NCBI RefSeq assembly: GCF_046119375.1
Contig: NW_027362773.1
Location: forward strand, 112,840,001 to 112,904,000
Source: Phyllobates terribilis
Lineage: Eukaryota
Length of the DNA stretch: 64,000 bases
Direction: 5' to 3'
The position numbers were made by a program, and so were the translations under genes. This document shows positions 48,446 through 60,574 of this stretch, in pieces. The notes beneath the pieces were generated by a model. It worked only from the letters and a program-made list of their open reading frames with translations, searched no databases and was not told the DNA's origin. Each line of letters begins with the position of its first letter. The first letter of the stretch is position 1.

Positions 48446-49929
48446 TCTGCTTTGGCTTTTATCCTAAGTCATATTGCAAGGCTCGTTAAAGGGTTGATAT
48501 TGACTTGTAGGATCGCTGCTTCCATCAGGTGGCGCTATAGAGTTCCAGTCTTCTTCCTCTCTGAAGAGGCAATTTGCATGTTTAATTTCGCAGAGGAGCA
48601 TTGCACATCAAATAAACCTCTTTACATTGGTATGTCAGGGCCAGTATGTCACTCTCCACAAGGAGAAACCTTACCCCTTAGACCTGAGTTTATATTCCAA
48701 AATCTCAGCAAAAAGACTTTGAGTGCATGTAGCCTTAGAGAATATTTTTTTCCAAACTGGTTGCTTAGTAGACATCTTCCTGTTCCTAAGGATCAAGATA
48801 AAGATCCCTATGTGCCAGACTCCGGACCACATTGAGTAAAAAGTAAACTTTATCTTTTTTGTTTCCTCTTTCACTTACCAAAATTAACAGACTCAGTTTC
48901 ATTAAGACTAGCACTTTGAACTTGTTTCAATGAAAGGATCGCTGGACTAAGATACATCAAGTTTATTAAAAGGCGTAAGCACTAACATCTTACAACAGCC
49001 ATGTGTTTCCGGCAGAAATGTTTCTCCAGCCAGGGACAAAAATTAAGATCAATTTGTTAGGCAGACTTTGCTACACCATGTCCAGCTCTGTGTAATTTTT
49101 GAAAAGTTGGCGGATCTGATCTTGCATAGACTGGTGTAAAAACTTTGGGTCCGATTCATTAAAGTTTTTATGCCCAAAAACCAGAATTGCACCAAAATCT
49201 AGCTATTTTTGACATGTTAAAGTCAGAGTTCTGGTGTGTGGAATTTTTGTAGAATTTTAGGCTACGTTCCCACGATAAGTTTTTGGTGAGTTTTTTACTC
49301 TGCGTATTTTCAAAAAAATGCAAGTAACCTATTTTACTTAATGGGTGCAGAAAATCTGCAATATAAAAAACTCACCAAAAATTCATTGTGGGAACATAGC
49401 CTTAGGGTTTGGTTATCAAAATATAGCATCTTCCAAGTATAGCATTTTTTCTACAAACATTTTTATAGGACCCGAAATAAGCCATTTAAGACAGTAATGA
49501 CAATTTTCAAATGTCAATACAAATGCATGCAAAAAAAACATAAAAATTCTTGAAATACTTGGTGTTTTTACATGTTTTAAAATGCAGAAAAAAAAATGTG
49601 AGTCCTGAGAGTATGTGCACATGTTGAGTATTTTTCTGCTCTAAATTCGTGTATGTTGCCAAGAAAAACACAACGTAAAATAAGTGTTATTATAATGAAT
49701 CAGTTTACCAAAGAATAGCTAAAATACATGATTTATTTTTTTTAAATGGCTAACCTCAGACCTGTGGGGAAACCCAGGATCTTATATGGCTCCTCCAGTT
49801 AGGCAGTTGGGATCCGGCTGTCAATCAGCAGTACGTCGGAAGTTTCACCCCGTCAACAGAACAGAAAAGAAGCCACTACTCTGTCGACGTGACATCAGCA
49901 GAGGCAGCTGAATCGAAAATCACAACAAG

Positions 49930-50042
49930 CGCTGGGCGCAACAGACGCTGGGCACAACAGACGCTGGGCACAACAGACGCCGGGCACAGCAGACGCCGGG
50001 CACAGCAGACGCCAGACACAACAGGCGCCGGGCACAACAGGC
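49930..50042. repeat. 16-bp minisatellite (gctgggcacaacagac)
   Basis: About 7 degenerate copies. Confidence 0.85.
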
Positions 50043-50269
50043 ATATAGATATCAACTACCTGCCTGTTATTGCTTAGGCACATTTTTTATTTTTCACAAA
50101 GTCCCGGATTTCCCCTTTAACCTAAATCTTCTGGCACCATAAAGGGAAGTCACACAAATTCTTGGTAGGCAGAATCTTTAAACAGGATCTATCATTTCTG
50201 AGAAAAACTCAAGTAACAGGAAATTACAACATAGGACCTTTTCTAAAAATATAAATAAAAAACAAAGTA

Positions 50270-51125
50270 GCATTCTGCAACTCTAAGTATGCGAATATGA
50301 AATATATGAAATTTGAATAGCATTACTGCTGTAGAAAATAGAAATAACTGAGAAATCTTAGTGTATAAATTGGCCAATTCATGTATACCTGGTAGCCACG
50401 TTAAGGCGTCTCTCAAAATACCAGGAACCTGCCTGTGTGAACTCCTCTCTAAGAGACTATGTCTGCTTGTGTATGGGAAGGCAAGAACCTGCTGCAATTA
50501 AAACCACCTGTGGCCTAGAGGTGGAGTGCTCAGTTAAAGCTTATACATAAAAACAGAAAAAACTGACCAGCACTTCCAAAACAAGAAATTGGTGTGAACA
50601 GGTACTTACTAGGAGCAGCTACCCCCATATACAACTAACAAACAAAGCAGCACACTGTAACGCTAAGTATGTGAACATGAAATATATGAAATATGAATAG
50701 CATTACTGCTGTAGAAAATAGAAATAAATGAGAAATCTTAGCGCATAAATTGGCCAATTCGTGTGTACCTGGTAGCCACGATAAGGCAAGTGGTTCTAAT
50801 TGCAGCAGGTTCTTTCCTTCCCACGCACAAGCAGACATAGTCTCTTAGAAAGGAGTTCACATTGATAGGGTCCTGGTATTTTGAGAGTCACCTTAACGTG
50901 GCTACCAGGTACACATGGATTGGCTAATTTATGCGCTAATATTTCTCATTTATTTCTATTTTCTACAGCAGTAATGCTATTCATATTTCATACATTTCAT
51001 GTTCACATACTTAGCGTTACAGTGTGCTGCTTTGTATGTTAGTTGTATGTGGAAGTAGCTGCTCATAGTAAGCGCCTGTTCACACCTATTTCTTGTTTTG
51101 GAAGTGCCGGTCAGTTTTTTCTTTT
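50270..51125. repeat. Composite direct and inverted repeat (Penelope-like foldback)
   Basis: 50270-50400 is repeated directly at about 50650-50780; 50540-50780 is inverted at about 50890-51125; 50430-50500 is inverted at about 50790-50860. Confidence 0.7.
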
Positions 51126-51609
51126 CCTAAAAATATGTCAATAATAAAACAGAGGATTTACCTCTATGAGACATGGACATAACTTTTTTCCTATTTTAGC
51201 AGTGACCATTGTAAGGATATATTCAAATGTGGCATTAGGTATAGCAGAAATCTCTGGAAAAAAAATATCTGCCATGTGTGTATGTACCCTAAACCCACAA
51301 GATTTGACCTGTTCTGTGAAATCTCCCGCCTCTCCTGAAACTTGAACCTTTCAGTTTTACACAAGAACTTTTTTGGGTTTTTGAAGAGGAACTTCCATCA
51401 GGAACATTCATTTTTTTTGGAGGAGATTTTCTTTTCCTGAAGCTTTTCTTGGAAAGGTTTTGAAGAGTTTTGGCAAAGGTTGTTATGTCCTGTAGAGTAT
51501 TTTGTTGCATTTTGCTTTGACTCTTCTTAGTTTAGAGCGAATTCCATAAAGACCTTCTATAAATGTACATATCTTAATAAGATTTCTTTTCATTTCAGTC
51601 TATTTTTAA

Positions 51610-52178
51610 AGGGAATCCATCAGCAGTTTTTTGTTATGTAATCTGAGAGCAGCATGATGTAGGGGCAGAGACCCTGATTCCAGCGATGTGTCACTTACTG
51701 GTCTGTGTTTTGCTGTTTCAATACAATCAGTGTTTTATCAGCAGCAGACTATCATTACAGGACTAGGTGTCTCTTGGTCTCACCTTTGCCTCCATCACTG
51801 ATTAGCAGCTCTCTGTAATTATAAAAAGTAATTAAAGTACAGAAAGCTGGCAATTAGTGGTGTGGGCGGGGTTATACACAGCTTAGTATTCCAATCAGTG
51901 GTGTGGGCGGAGTTATACAGAGCTCAGCATTCCAATCAGTGGTGTGGGCGGAGTTATACAGAGCTCAGCATTCCAATCAGTGGTGTGGGCGGAGTTATAC
52001 AGAGCTCAGCATTCCAATCAGTGGTGTGGGCGGAGTTATACAGAGCTCAGCATTCTGAGCTCTGCTAGATCTGCAGCAGAAAAACTGTGATTGTATCACA
52101 ACTGCTGCACCCAGTAAACTAATTGATACATCACTGGAATCAGGGTCTCTTTCCCTACATGCTGCTGTCAGATTTCCT
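51610..52178. mobile_element. TTAA-flanked MITE with an internal 41-bp tandem repeat (about 51855-52055)
   Basis: TTAA flanks; repeat unit ccaatcagtggtgtgggcggagttatacagagctcagcatt. Confidence 0.7.
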
Positions 52179-52619
52179 TTAACCCTGTCACAATCTCTTC
52201 TTATGGCCTCATCCAGACGTCCATTTTTTTATTTTTTTTTTTGCATATGAGAAAGAAATTGACTGTTTTTCATCAATTCTCATTCAGTGTGTCCACTCTT
52301 ACTATCAGTTTGACATCTGTTTTTTTTTTTGCAAAGGCAAAAAAATGTTTCCAAGCTTCTCCTGCCCAATGAAAAACCGAAACGTCTCCCTTATTTTTTT
52401 AAGGATAATTGGTTTGCAAAAAGCCAAGTATGTCAACACACCTATAGTCTATAATTAATGTGTGTTCTATACGTGAAATACGAGGGTGTGAATGGGGCCT
52501 TAATCCCATATTGCTTATGCTTCAGTTCCTGCCTAGTTGGAAGTTTTCTTACCTTCTCTTCTTGTTCCATTAACCATGCTTTATTCACTTGCAGCCAACA
52601 TTTGATGTATATATACTGT

Positions 52620-52790
52620 ATAGCAGGATGGGGCCAAGGATAAGGGATATATATACCAGGATGGGGAACACATATAACAGGATGGGGAACATATATAACA
52701 GGATGGCAGACATATATACCAGGATGGGGCCAGGAAGAAGGACATATATACCAGGATGGGGAACATATATACCATGAAGGAGGACATACA
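52620..52790. repeat. About 21-bp minisatellite (caggatggggaacatatata.)
   Basis: Direct reading. Confidence 0.75.
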
Positions 52791-54504
52791 GTATATATAT
52801 ATGGGGGAGATGTGGGGGGGCCCAATCTTGCACCAGGACCCATCGGACTCTAGTTCCGCCACTGTTATGTCACATAACATGAAGGGATTAAATATGTAAA
52901 CGCAAAAAAGGAGACAAAAATGGAACGTAGGGCCCACCAGAGAATACCCATATAATGGTAATGGAGGCCCCCCATAGTGATATCTCATGGCAGACTACAT
53001 AGGAGAATACAGTACTGAGCAGAAGATGAGTCACAGGCAGAATACCTAATAATTAAAGGGGTAGTCTACCTTTATTTTTTTCATCCATAGGCTTTCTGTA
53101 TGTGAAAATATCAGTCTGGTGCACTTACCCGTTGCTAATCCAGCATTGGCGCACCCACCACTGCTGCACCTGGTCTTCGTTAATATGGTTGCAGTGGTGA
53201 TATCCCGTCAAAATCTCAGGACTGATGCAACCAATGATTGGACTCAGTGGTCTAGCGCCTTCTACATCGGCATCACTGCTGAGCCAAGTAATTGACTGCA
53301 GCAATCCAAGCATGGGATGTAGTTATGATGTCAACTCTGAAGTCATATCAGTTAAACTATGATGCTATGATGTGATCTGTTCCCGTAAATCAGCAAAGAG
53401 GAGCTCAGAAAAAAGAAAAGAGTTAAAAACTCCTTGTCAGAAATAAGCTCACTGATGGATCCTCAGTTAACTCATTGTGCAGCCAGAAATGTTCCGGTGA
53501 AATAAAAAGCCTGTATAAGCCAAACAGTGCAAAATTTTTAATTTAACAAAATTGCAAAAGTAATATTTAGCCACAAGTACAAGAATTAACAAGGAAAACC
53601 CAAGAAGGTGTCCATATTCTTTAAGTATTACATAGTAAGTAGCAATCATTCAGAAGAGTCTGCCAGAGCAGGGGTTTGAACTCAAGAGTTTGTACACATG
53701 GATTTTTTTTTTAGGTAGTCAGAAGCAAAAATTTTAGTAGTGGAAAACCGTCCACCTTTGAAGATTTTTTGGAGATGTTTTTTTTTTCCTGAAGCAGTTT
53801 TGAAAAGTTTGAAAATGTTTTGAAAAGTTTTTCCTGAAGTGTTGATCAAACAGTGTCTAGTTCGGAGCAGATTCCATCACTAAAGTGGAGTGACAGCCAT
53901 GTTCTTTTTTATATATATATGTCCATGAAATAATCGGACAGCACTCAGATGCCATCTGTCTGCTGTCTGTTTTTCACTGACTTAGGGCTCATTCAGACCA
54001 GTTATTCTGATCAGCCTCTGATCAGAGTTTTATCAGAGCGTGGTACGAATGTCATCCAATTTTCTCGCATGTGGAGGAATTAAAAAAGAAAGTTTCTCCA
54101 TCTTCTTCATTCTAACAGTCTGTGAAAATCAGACCGCACTCAGATGTCATCAGAGTGCAGTCTGATTTTTTTCACGAACCCATTGACTTGCATTGCCGAA
54201 TTTTATCTGACTCTCCGATCAAAATTGGACATGTCTCCATGATTTTCTGCAAAAAATAACAGAAATGTGAATGGCCTCATAGACAGTCACAGGTCTGAGT
54301 GCTATCCATGAAAACCACAGCATGTGTAAGTTGGACATCTGAATGAGCCCTGATAGATGGGAGAAGCAGGAGAAACATTTTTTTTCTCATCAGTGAAAAA
54401 AACTGATGACACTTAGATCAAACTCTGATGAAAATCACTGATGAAACTCGGTCCGTTTTTCTCGTTCTTAAAAAAAAAAAAACTGACGTCTAAATGAGGC
54501 CAAA

Positions 54505-54650
54505 AACTGATGAAACTCTGATCGAAGACTCTGATCGAAAACTCTGATCGAAAACTCAGATCGACGACTCAGATCGACGACTCTGATCGAAGACTCTGAT
54601 CGAAGACTCTGATCGAAAACTCTGATCAAAAACTCTGATCAAAAACTCGG
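54505..54650. repeat. 11-13-bp minisatellite (actctgatcgaa) inside nested Harbinger-like MITEs
   Basis: Direct reading. Confidence 0.8.
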
Positions 54651-55050
54651 TCCGATCTTCTTGTATGAGAAAAATCACTGACGTCTGAATGATTCCTGAT
54701 GCCAGAAGAAACAAGGAACTCCATTATTTTTCCAGAAGAGACATGTGGATGAAAATCGGATTCAACACACTGGTGTGAGCATATAAAAAACCTGACGTGT
54801 GAATATGGCTTTATTGCTGCAAAGTTAAGCGTGTCACGTTTTATTATATTACAGGATATTAGCACAGTCCATTCTCTGCTTACAAATAGTATTTAGCAAA
54901 ACAACAATTGTAGTTGAATTCGTTACAAGTTTCTCTGATATTTTCACATGTGAAGAATTCTATGATTTGAATTCCGTTTCCATTTCATCTATACGGATTT
55001 GTTAATTTTCCGATAATTGCTGCTTTGTTTTTCTTTTGGTTTGTGATTTG

Positions 55051-55060
55051 TCACTCAAGC
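55051..55060 (-). CDS. TMEM272: TMEM272-like gene A, terminal coding exon (…RLE*)
   Basis: tttttccattgtgttttag|G CTT GAG TGA; same size and phase as the gene B terminal exon; AATAAA at about 54810 and 54840. Confidence 0.8.
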
Positions 55061-57166
55061 CTAAAACACAATGGAAAAAAAATAGATTACTAATAAAATA
55101 TTAATTTTACTGTATCTAGCAAAGAAGCAAACCCTGCAATGTCATATTCATGTAGCCCCAGCAACACGTATTGTGATACATTGATTGTGATAGAAAAAGA
55201 GACATGTTACTATAAGGCTAAGTTCACACTTTGGGTTTTTGCTGCATTTTTTTTTCTGCAGGCAAAACCTGCTCTTTTGACAGTAAAAAAGCTGCTTACA
55301 AAAAGCAGGATTTGCTGCATTTTTTTCTGCATTTTATAGGATCCCAAAGTTCAGCTTTGCTTCCACCACAGAAGCATGAACAATATGAGATGTTAGGTCA
55401 CCAATGCAAAACATATGTAGAACCATAAAGCATTTTTGGAAGAAAGGGCAATTTGATAAAAACATTTTTCCACTAAATATTTTGATGTCTGAAAAAATAG
55501 TGAATATTCTGAACAAAAAATTCATATGAGTTCATGAAAAAATACATAATTACAAATATAACAGCAGGGGGAGTTGAATTGGTCAGACATAGTTTACCTA
55601 AGACATTGGCAGAGCATTTAGTTTGTAGTACACTATCTACTTTCAATGTTTCCTTGGCCTTTGAGTTGGTTAGGTATTGTTCAATTTCACACCTTGATCA
55701 GCCAATGTTTACTTTTCACATATCACTAATTTAATTAAACTGTACTAATCCTAACTGCCATCTCAGGTGAGGACACCAAAACATGGTTTAAATTTGGGAA
55801 AAATCACAAAAATAAATGGGTTTCACATCCTGCTGTAACTGATTTTTTCACTAAAATCGCAGCAAAAACTGATAACGATATTTTTGGCTGCATGTTTGCT
55901 GCTTTTTTGCACTTACTCGTTGCTTTCTATGGGTGAAAAAACATTGCAAAAATGCTGAAAGAAATGACATGCTGAAGTTTTCTAAAATGCAGCAGTTTTC
56001 CAATTCAGTCAGGTAAAAAAAAAACAATGTGTGTGCATGAGATTTCTGAAATCTCATAGCTTTTGCTGGTACTGTAAAATGCCGCTTTCAATTTGCATAA
56101 AAAAACAGCAAAAATGCAACGTGTGAACATAGCCTTAGAGCATTCCTATCATATGTGGAGGCTGCAATAAATGCTCAGATCTTGAGTCGCAGAAAAATAT
56201 ATAATGAAATATAAAAGAAATAACAATAAATAACAAAATAAATAGAGAAAAAAAAGAATAATATTGTATGGGTCCATACCAGGCTCTAATATGCAAGTGT
56301 GCATGAGGTCTTAGTGCTAAAGCAGATCTGTCACTGGATTTTACAAGACAGACTGCTTATATTATTACCTTTTTTCTATAGAATAGCGGATCAGGCAAAA
56401 TTGGAATCTTCCTGTTCATACAGAAATTCGATTTGCAGAAAAGTTATTCTCTATAAATTTAATGTCGTTTATTATATTCTGGGATCTCTCGAGACTTCAG
56501 AGCAAAATAAACATAAGATGTAAAAAAAGAAAAATGGCGTCCTGACGTCATGTGACCTTGAGTACACATGCGGGGGTTTCTGTACTATCAAAAAATGCGG
56601 TGAGGACTTTTGTGGATTTTTGTAAAATGCGAGTAGAATTCAATTAAAATGTATTTGCTCATCTCTACTTTTATCTCATAGGCATGATGAGATTGTTGTA
56701 CTTACTTTGAAAATACATGTAAAATTGGCTTTATAGTCCAGCTAAAGAGGGATAGAGTTCATGAGTGTGAGTGTATTCAGTTTACAAGAAGCCTCCTTGA
56801 CTGACAGGTGCAGCTTGTTCGGAGCAGTGTGAGCTCTCAGCAGGGATGAGGGACACTGAGGAGCTGTCAATCAGGTGACGTGGGTGGAGACTGAGTTAAA
56901 CTTTCATAAGGAATTTTATAACCATTCAGACATGGACCTCCAAATTAAATACACCAGCCTCATCGGATCTTAGAGATCTAATTAATAATGTATGCAGTTT
57001 GTATTGTTAAATCTGGTGTCGGACTGCTTTAACACAGCATTACTTGTCACATGTTATCCCTCTATGGAAGCCATTGCACAAATTTTAGAAACAAGGACGT
57101 AAGTAATATGCCAGATGGTAAATTCAGAAAGATAGGGACTATTTTTTTTTACTTGGAATATTAATA

Positions 57167-57170
57167 TATA

Positions 57171-57220
<50 letters not shown>
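57167..57220. repeat. (AT)n microsatellite
   Basis: Direct reading. Confidence 0.95.
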
Positions 57221-57224
<4 letters not shown>

Positions 57225-57371
57225 AATATCTTATCTACATTTAGCGTGTTGTTTTATAAAACGCCAGTACAATTTAGTTGTTTAAGCCCAAGTAATATAG
57301 AAATTTAGCAATAATGAAAAACATAAAAAAAATAATAATAATTAAAATTAAAATCAGTCAAAACAACTCAC

Positions 57372-57540
57372 CTCTCATAAAAACATATTTTTAATGAACA
57401 AGTAATGCATGGAAGTATCAAGCTAAGGCCAATAATAACGTATTCAAAGATCAAGAATCCAAAAGCAAAGTAGTAAAGGGTCTCGTTACACAGGTCTGGT
57501 CCTTTATCCTTACTGTACAGACTGAAGACCCAAATACTTC
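57372..57540 (-). CDS. TMEM272: TMEM272-like gene A exon (TM4), 169 nt
   Basis: ttttag|..AG|gtgagt; GSIWVFSLY...CNETLYYFAFGFL resembles TMEM272 GNYWVFSVY...CDKTLYLFAVGVL. Confidence 0.92.
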
Positions 57541-58369
57541 CTAAAATAGAGAAAAATTTTGAAAAAATAAGCTTCATATAAATATTAAATTCATTTCACT
57601 AATACATTACATCAGGCAGAATTCTATGGATAAGCCAAGAATCATGTTGGCTTGAACAATTCAGAATATCATAACTTTTTCCTGATTAGTTTCAGTCGTA
57701 GTAATTGGAAATAGACATAAGTTCTGGTGCTGCTGTGTATGAACTCAACCTAATCCCCTCATCGGGTAAAATACAAAAATAATAATAATGTTGCGCCATC
57801 AAAGCAAAGTGGCGTAATGTGGGGTACCAGCGCCCAGTCAAAGACAAGTATTTTGTGTCCTCTTAACCCTATGGCCCATTAGCTGTCCCCGAGCCCCTTC
57901 TACAAGTCTAGTATTGAGCCCCTTATCCCCATGAACATGTATTTTAAGAAAATACTGGATATTTTCCCCATTATCCCTCTATTTTTTTCAGCATTTTGCT
58001 GAAATCAAATATAACATATAAAAAAATATAAAGTTATATATTGCTAGCATTTTTTTTTTGCTCTTTATTTTTTTTTTTATATAATGATATTATTACCCTT
58101 GCCTAGCCCTAACCCTAGCCCCAGTACTATACCTAAACCTAGCCTTGATATTTTGCAGCCTGACTTCAGACCTTGCCTTTGAAATTTCATTTGCCTAGCC
58201 CCCTTGTTTCGATCAGCACCGTTTTGGACTGCTGACTTCGGACTGTGACTTGTTTACTTTTTTGTTTTGCTCCTCTGCCTTTGACATACTCTCTTAGTAT
58301 TTGACCTCAGACTTCTTGACTCCCCTGCCTCACGGTTTGAATGTGAGAAGTGATGATAACCAGTGTCAC

Positions 58370-59779
58370 AATACTATACTTAAACCTAGCCCCCATCCCA
58401 GCCCTGATCCTAGCTTAAACCCTAGCCCCAGTACAATACCTAAACTTAGCCCCCATACTAGCCTTAACCCTAACCCCAATAGTATACCTAAAGCTAGCCC
58501 CCATCTAGACCTAACCCTAGCCCCAATACTATACCTAAACCTAGCCCCCATCCTAGCCCTAACCCTAGCTTAAACCCTTGCCTCAGTACTATACCTAAAC
58601 TTAGCCCCCATACTAGCCTTAACCCTAACCCCAATACTATACCTAAACCTAGCGCTCATTCTAGACCTAACCCTAGCCCCAATACTATACCTAAACCTAG
58701 CTCCCATACTAGCCCTAACCCTAGCCTAAACCCTTGCCCCAGTACTATACCTAAACCTAGCCCCCATACTAGCCTTAACCCTAACGCCAATACTATACCT
58801 AATCCTAGCCCCATTCTAGACCTAACCCTAGCCCCAATACTATACCTAAACCTAGCTCCCATCCTAGCCCTAACCCTAGCCTAAACCCTTGCCTCAGTAC
58901 TATACCTAAACCTAGCCCCCATACTAGCCTTAACCCTAACCCCAATACTATACCTAAACCTAGCCCCTTTCTAGACCTAACCCTAGCCCCAATACTATAC
59001 CTAAACCTAGCTCCCATCCTAGCCCTAACCCTAGCCTAAACCCTTGCCTCAGTACTATACCTAAACCTAGCCCCCATACTAGCCTTAACCCTAACCCCAA
59101 TACTATACCTAAACCTAGCCCCTTTCTAGACCTAACCCTAGCCCCAATACTATACCTAAACCTAGCTCCCATCCTAGCCCTAACCCTAGCCTAAACCCTT
59201 GCCTCAGTACTATACCTAAACCTAGCCCCCATACTATACCTAAACCTAGCCCCATTCTAGACCTAACCCTAGCCCCAATACTATACCTAAACCTAGCTCC
59301 CATCCTAGCCCTAACCCTAGCCTAAACCTTTGCCCCAGTACTATACCTAGCCCCCATACTAGCCTTAACCTTAACCCCAATACTATACCTAAACCTAGCC
59401 CCCATTCTAGGCCTAACCCTAGCCCCAATACTATACCTAAACCTAGCTCCCATACTAGCCCTAACCCTAGCCTAAACCCTTGTCCCAGTACTATACCTAG
59501 CCCCCATACTAGCCTTAACCCTAACCCCAATACTATACCTAAACCTAGCCCCCATTCTAGGCCTAACCCTAGTCCCAATACTATACCTAAACCTAGCTCC
59601 CATCCTAGCCCTAACCTTAGCCTAAACCCTTGCCCCAGTACTATACCTAGCCCCCATACTAGCATTAACCCTAACCCCAATACTATACCTAAACCTAGCC
59701 CCATCCCAGCCCTAACCCTAGCCTCAACCCTTGCCCCAGTACTATACCTAAAACTAGCCTCCACCCTAGCCCTAAACCT
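58370..59779. repeat. Telomere-like (CCCTAA-variant) satellite with about 155-bp higher-order periodicity
   Basis: Built from ccctaa/ccctag/cctaaa hexamers; identical ORF artefacts start at 58805, 58960 and 59115. Confidence 0.9.
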
Positions 59780-60346
59780 ATGGAAGAAATTTTGCACCCT
59801 AGTAAAATTTAGAGCCTGGGGTGATTGTCCCTCTGTCCGCCCCCTTAAGCTATGCCACTATGTCAGAGTAAAGTTTGGGCATGGTAGAGAAGATTTCAGC
59901 ATGTTGGCCATCAACAAACCCAATTATTTGATTCCCTAGGAGAGATGCACTCCTAGAGTTGTCACCCTAGTGAGATAAATATGCATGACAGGTCGATTCT
60001 TCTCTACAGATTTATAACATTCAAGGTAAAGATCAGGAGCTCTCACACCCACCTCTTATACTGACAGAGTGGGAAAAAAAGGGGGAAAATCATACAAAAA
60101 GCCATTATTCTTTGCGATTGGCAGATTTGCCACTCAGAAATATCTCAGGGCTCTTATCTCGAGTCTCCTCAATCAGAATCCCGTGTAAACATGCAAGTGT
60201 AGAAAAATCAAACTTTTCATATTTTCTATGCCCCTATGTAAATATTGATAGGGGAGTTGGGTGCAAAGTGAATTAATCAGCTTTATGGATCTATTTTAAC
60301 ATATTAATGATATAAACTTTAAATTTTAGTTATAAGAAACACTCAC

Positions 60347-60523
60347 CTGTTATAAACCAAGCAAAGGTGAAAATTCCAATAAATCCTTCTAGAATTAAGC
60401 TGCATACCCCCAGAACGCCTCTTATAAACAATAATAAAACGGCCACCAAGTGTGTGACTCCAGAAACCAAAAGAAAGATAGGTATGAGCGGCTGGATTGG
60501 GCAATCGTCTTTGTATGTGGATC
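60347..60523 (-). CDS. TMEM272: TMEM272-like gene A exon (TM2-TM3), 177 nt (not the frame shown in the ORF track)
   Basis: ctcttacacag|..G|gtgagt; GSTYKDDCPIQPLIPIFLLVSGV versus TMEM272 EDCPIQPLIPLYLLVGG. Confidence 0.92.
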
Positions 60524-60574
60524 CTGTGTAAGAGAACAGGGTAGGTCGTTATCATTCAATAATTCTATAGACCA

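Larger units (their letters stand above)
48046..48688 (+). repeat. 332-bp tandem repeat (about 1.9 units), retrozyme/Penelope-LTR-like
   Basis: Hammerhead, ggtggcgcta and ATTTGCAT landmarks all recur exactly 332 nt apart. Confidence 0.9.

Noticed and set aside
53430-53510. Alternative terminal exon for gene A
   Set aside because: Weak acceptor; the exon at 55051-55060 matches the paralogue's terminal exon in size and sequence.
58301-59797. Gly/Leu-rich ORFs resembling membrane or keratin-like proteins
   Set aside because: Translation of the telomere-like satellite.
60343-60555. ORF-track protein MITTYPVLL...
   Set aside because: Wrong frame; the real exon frame (GSTYKDDCPIQP) is set by the splice sites.
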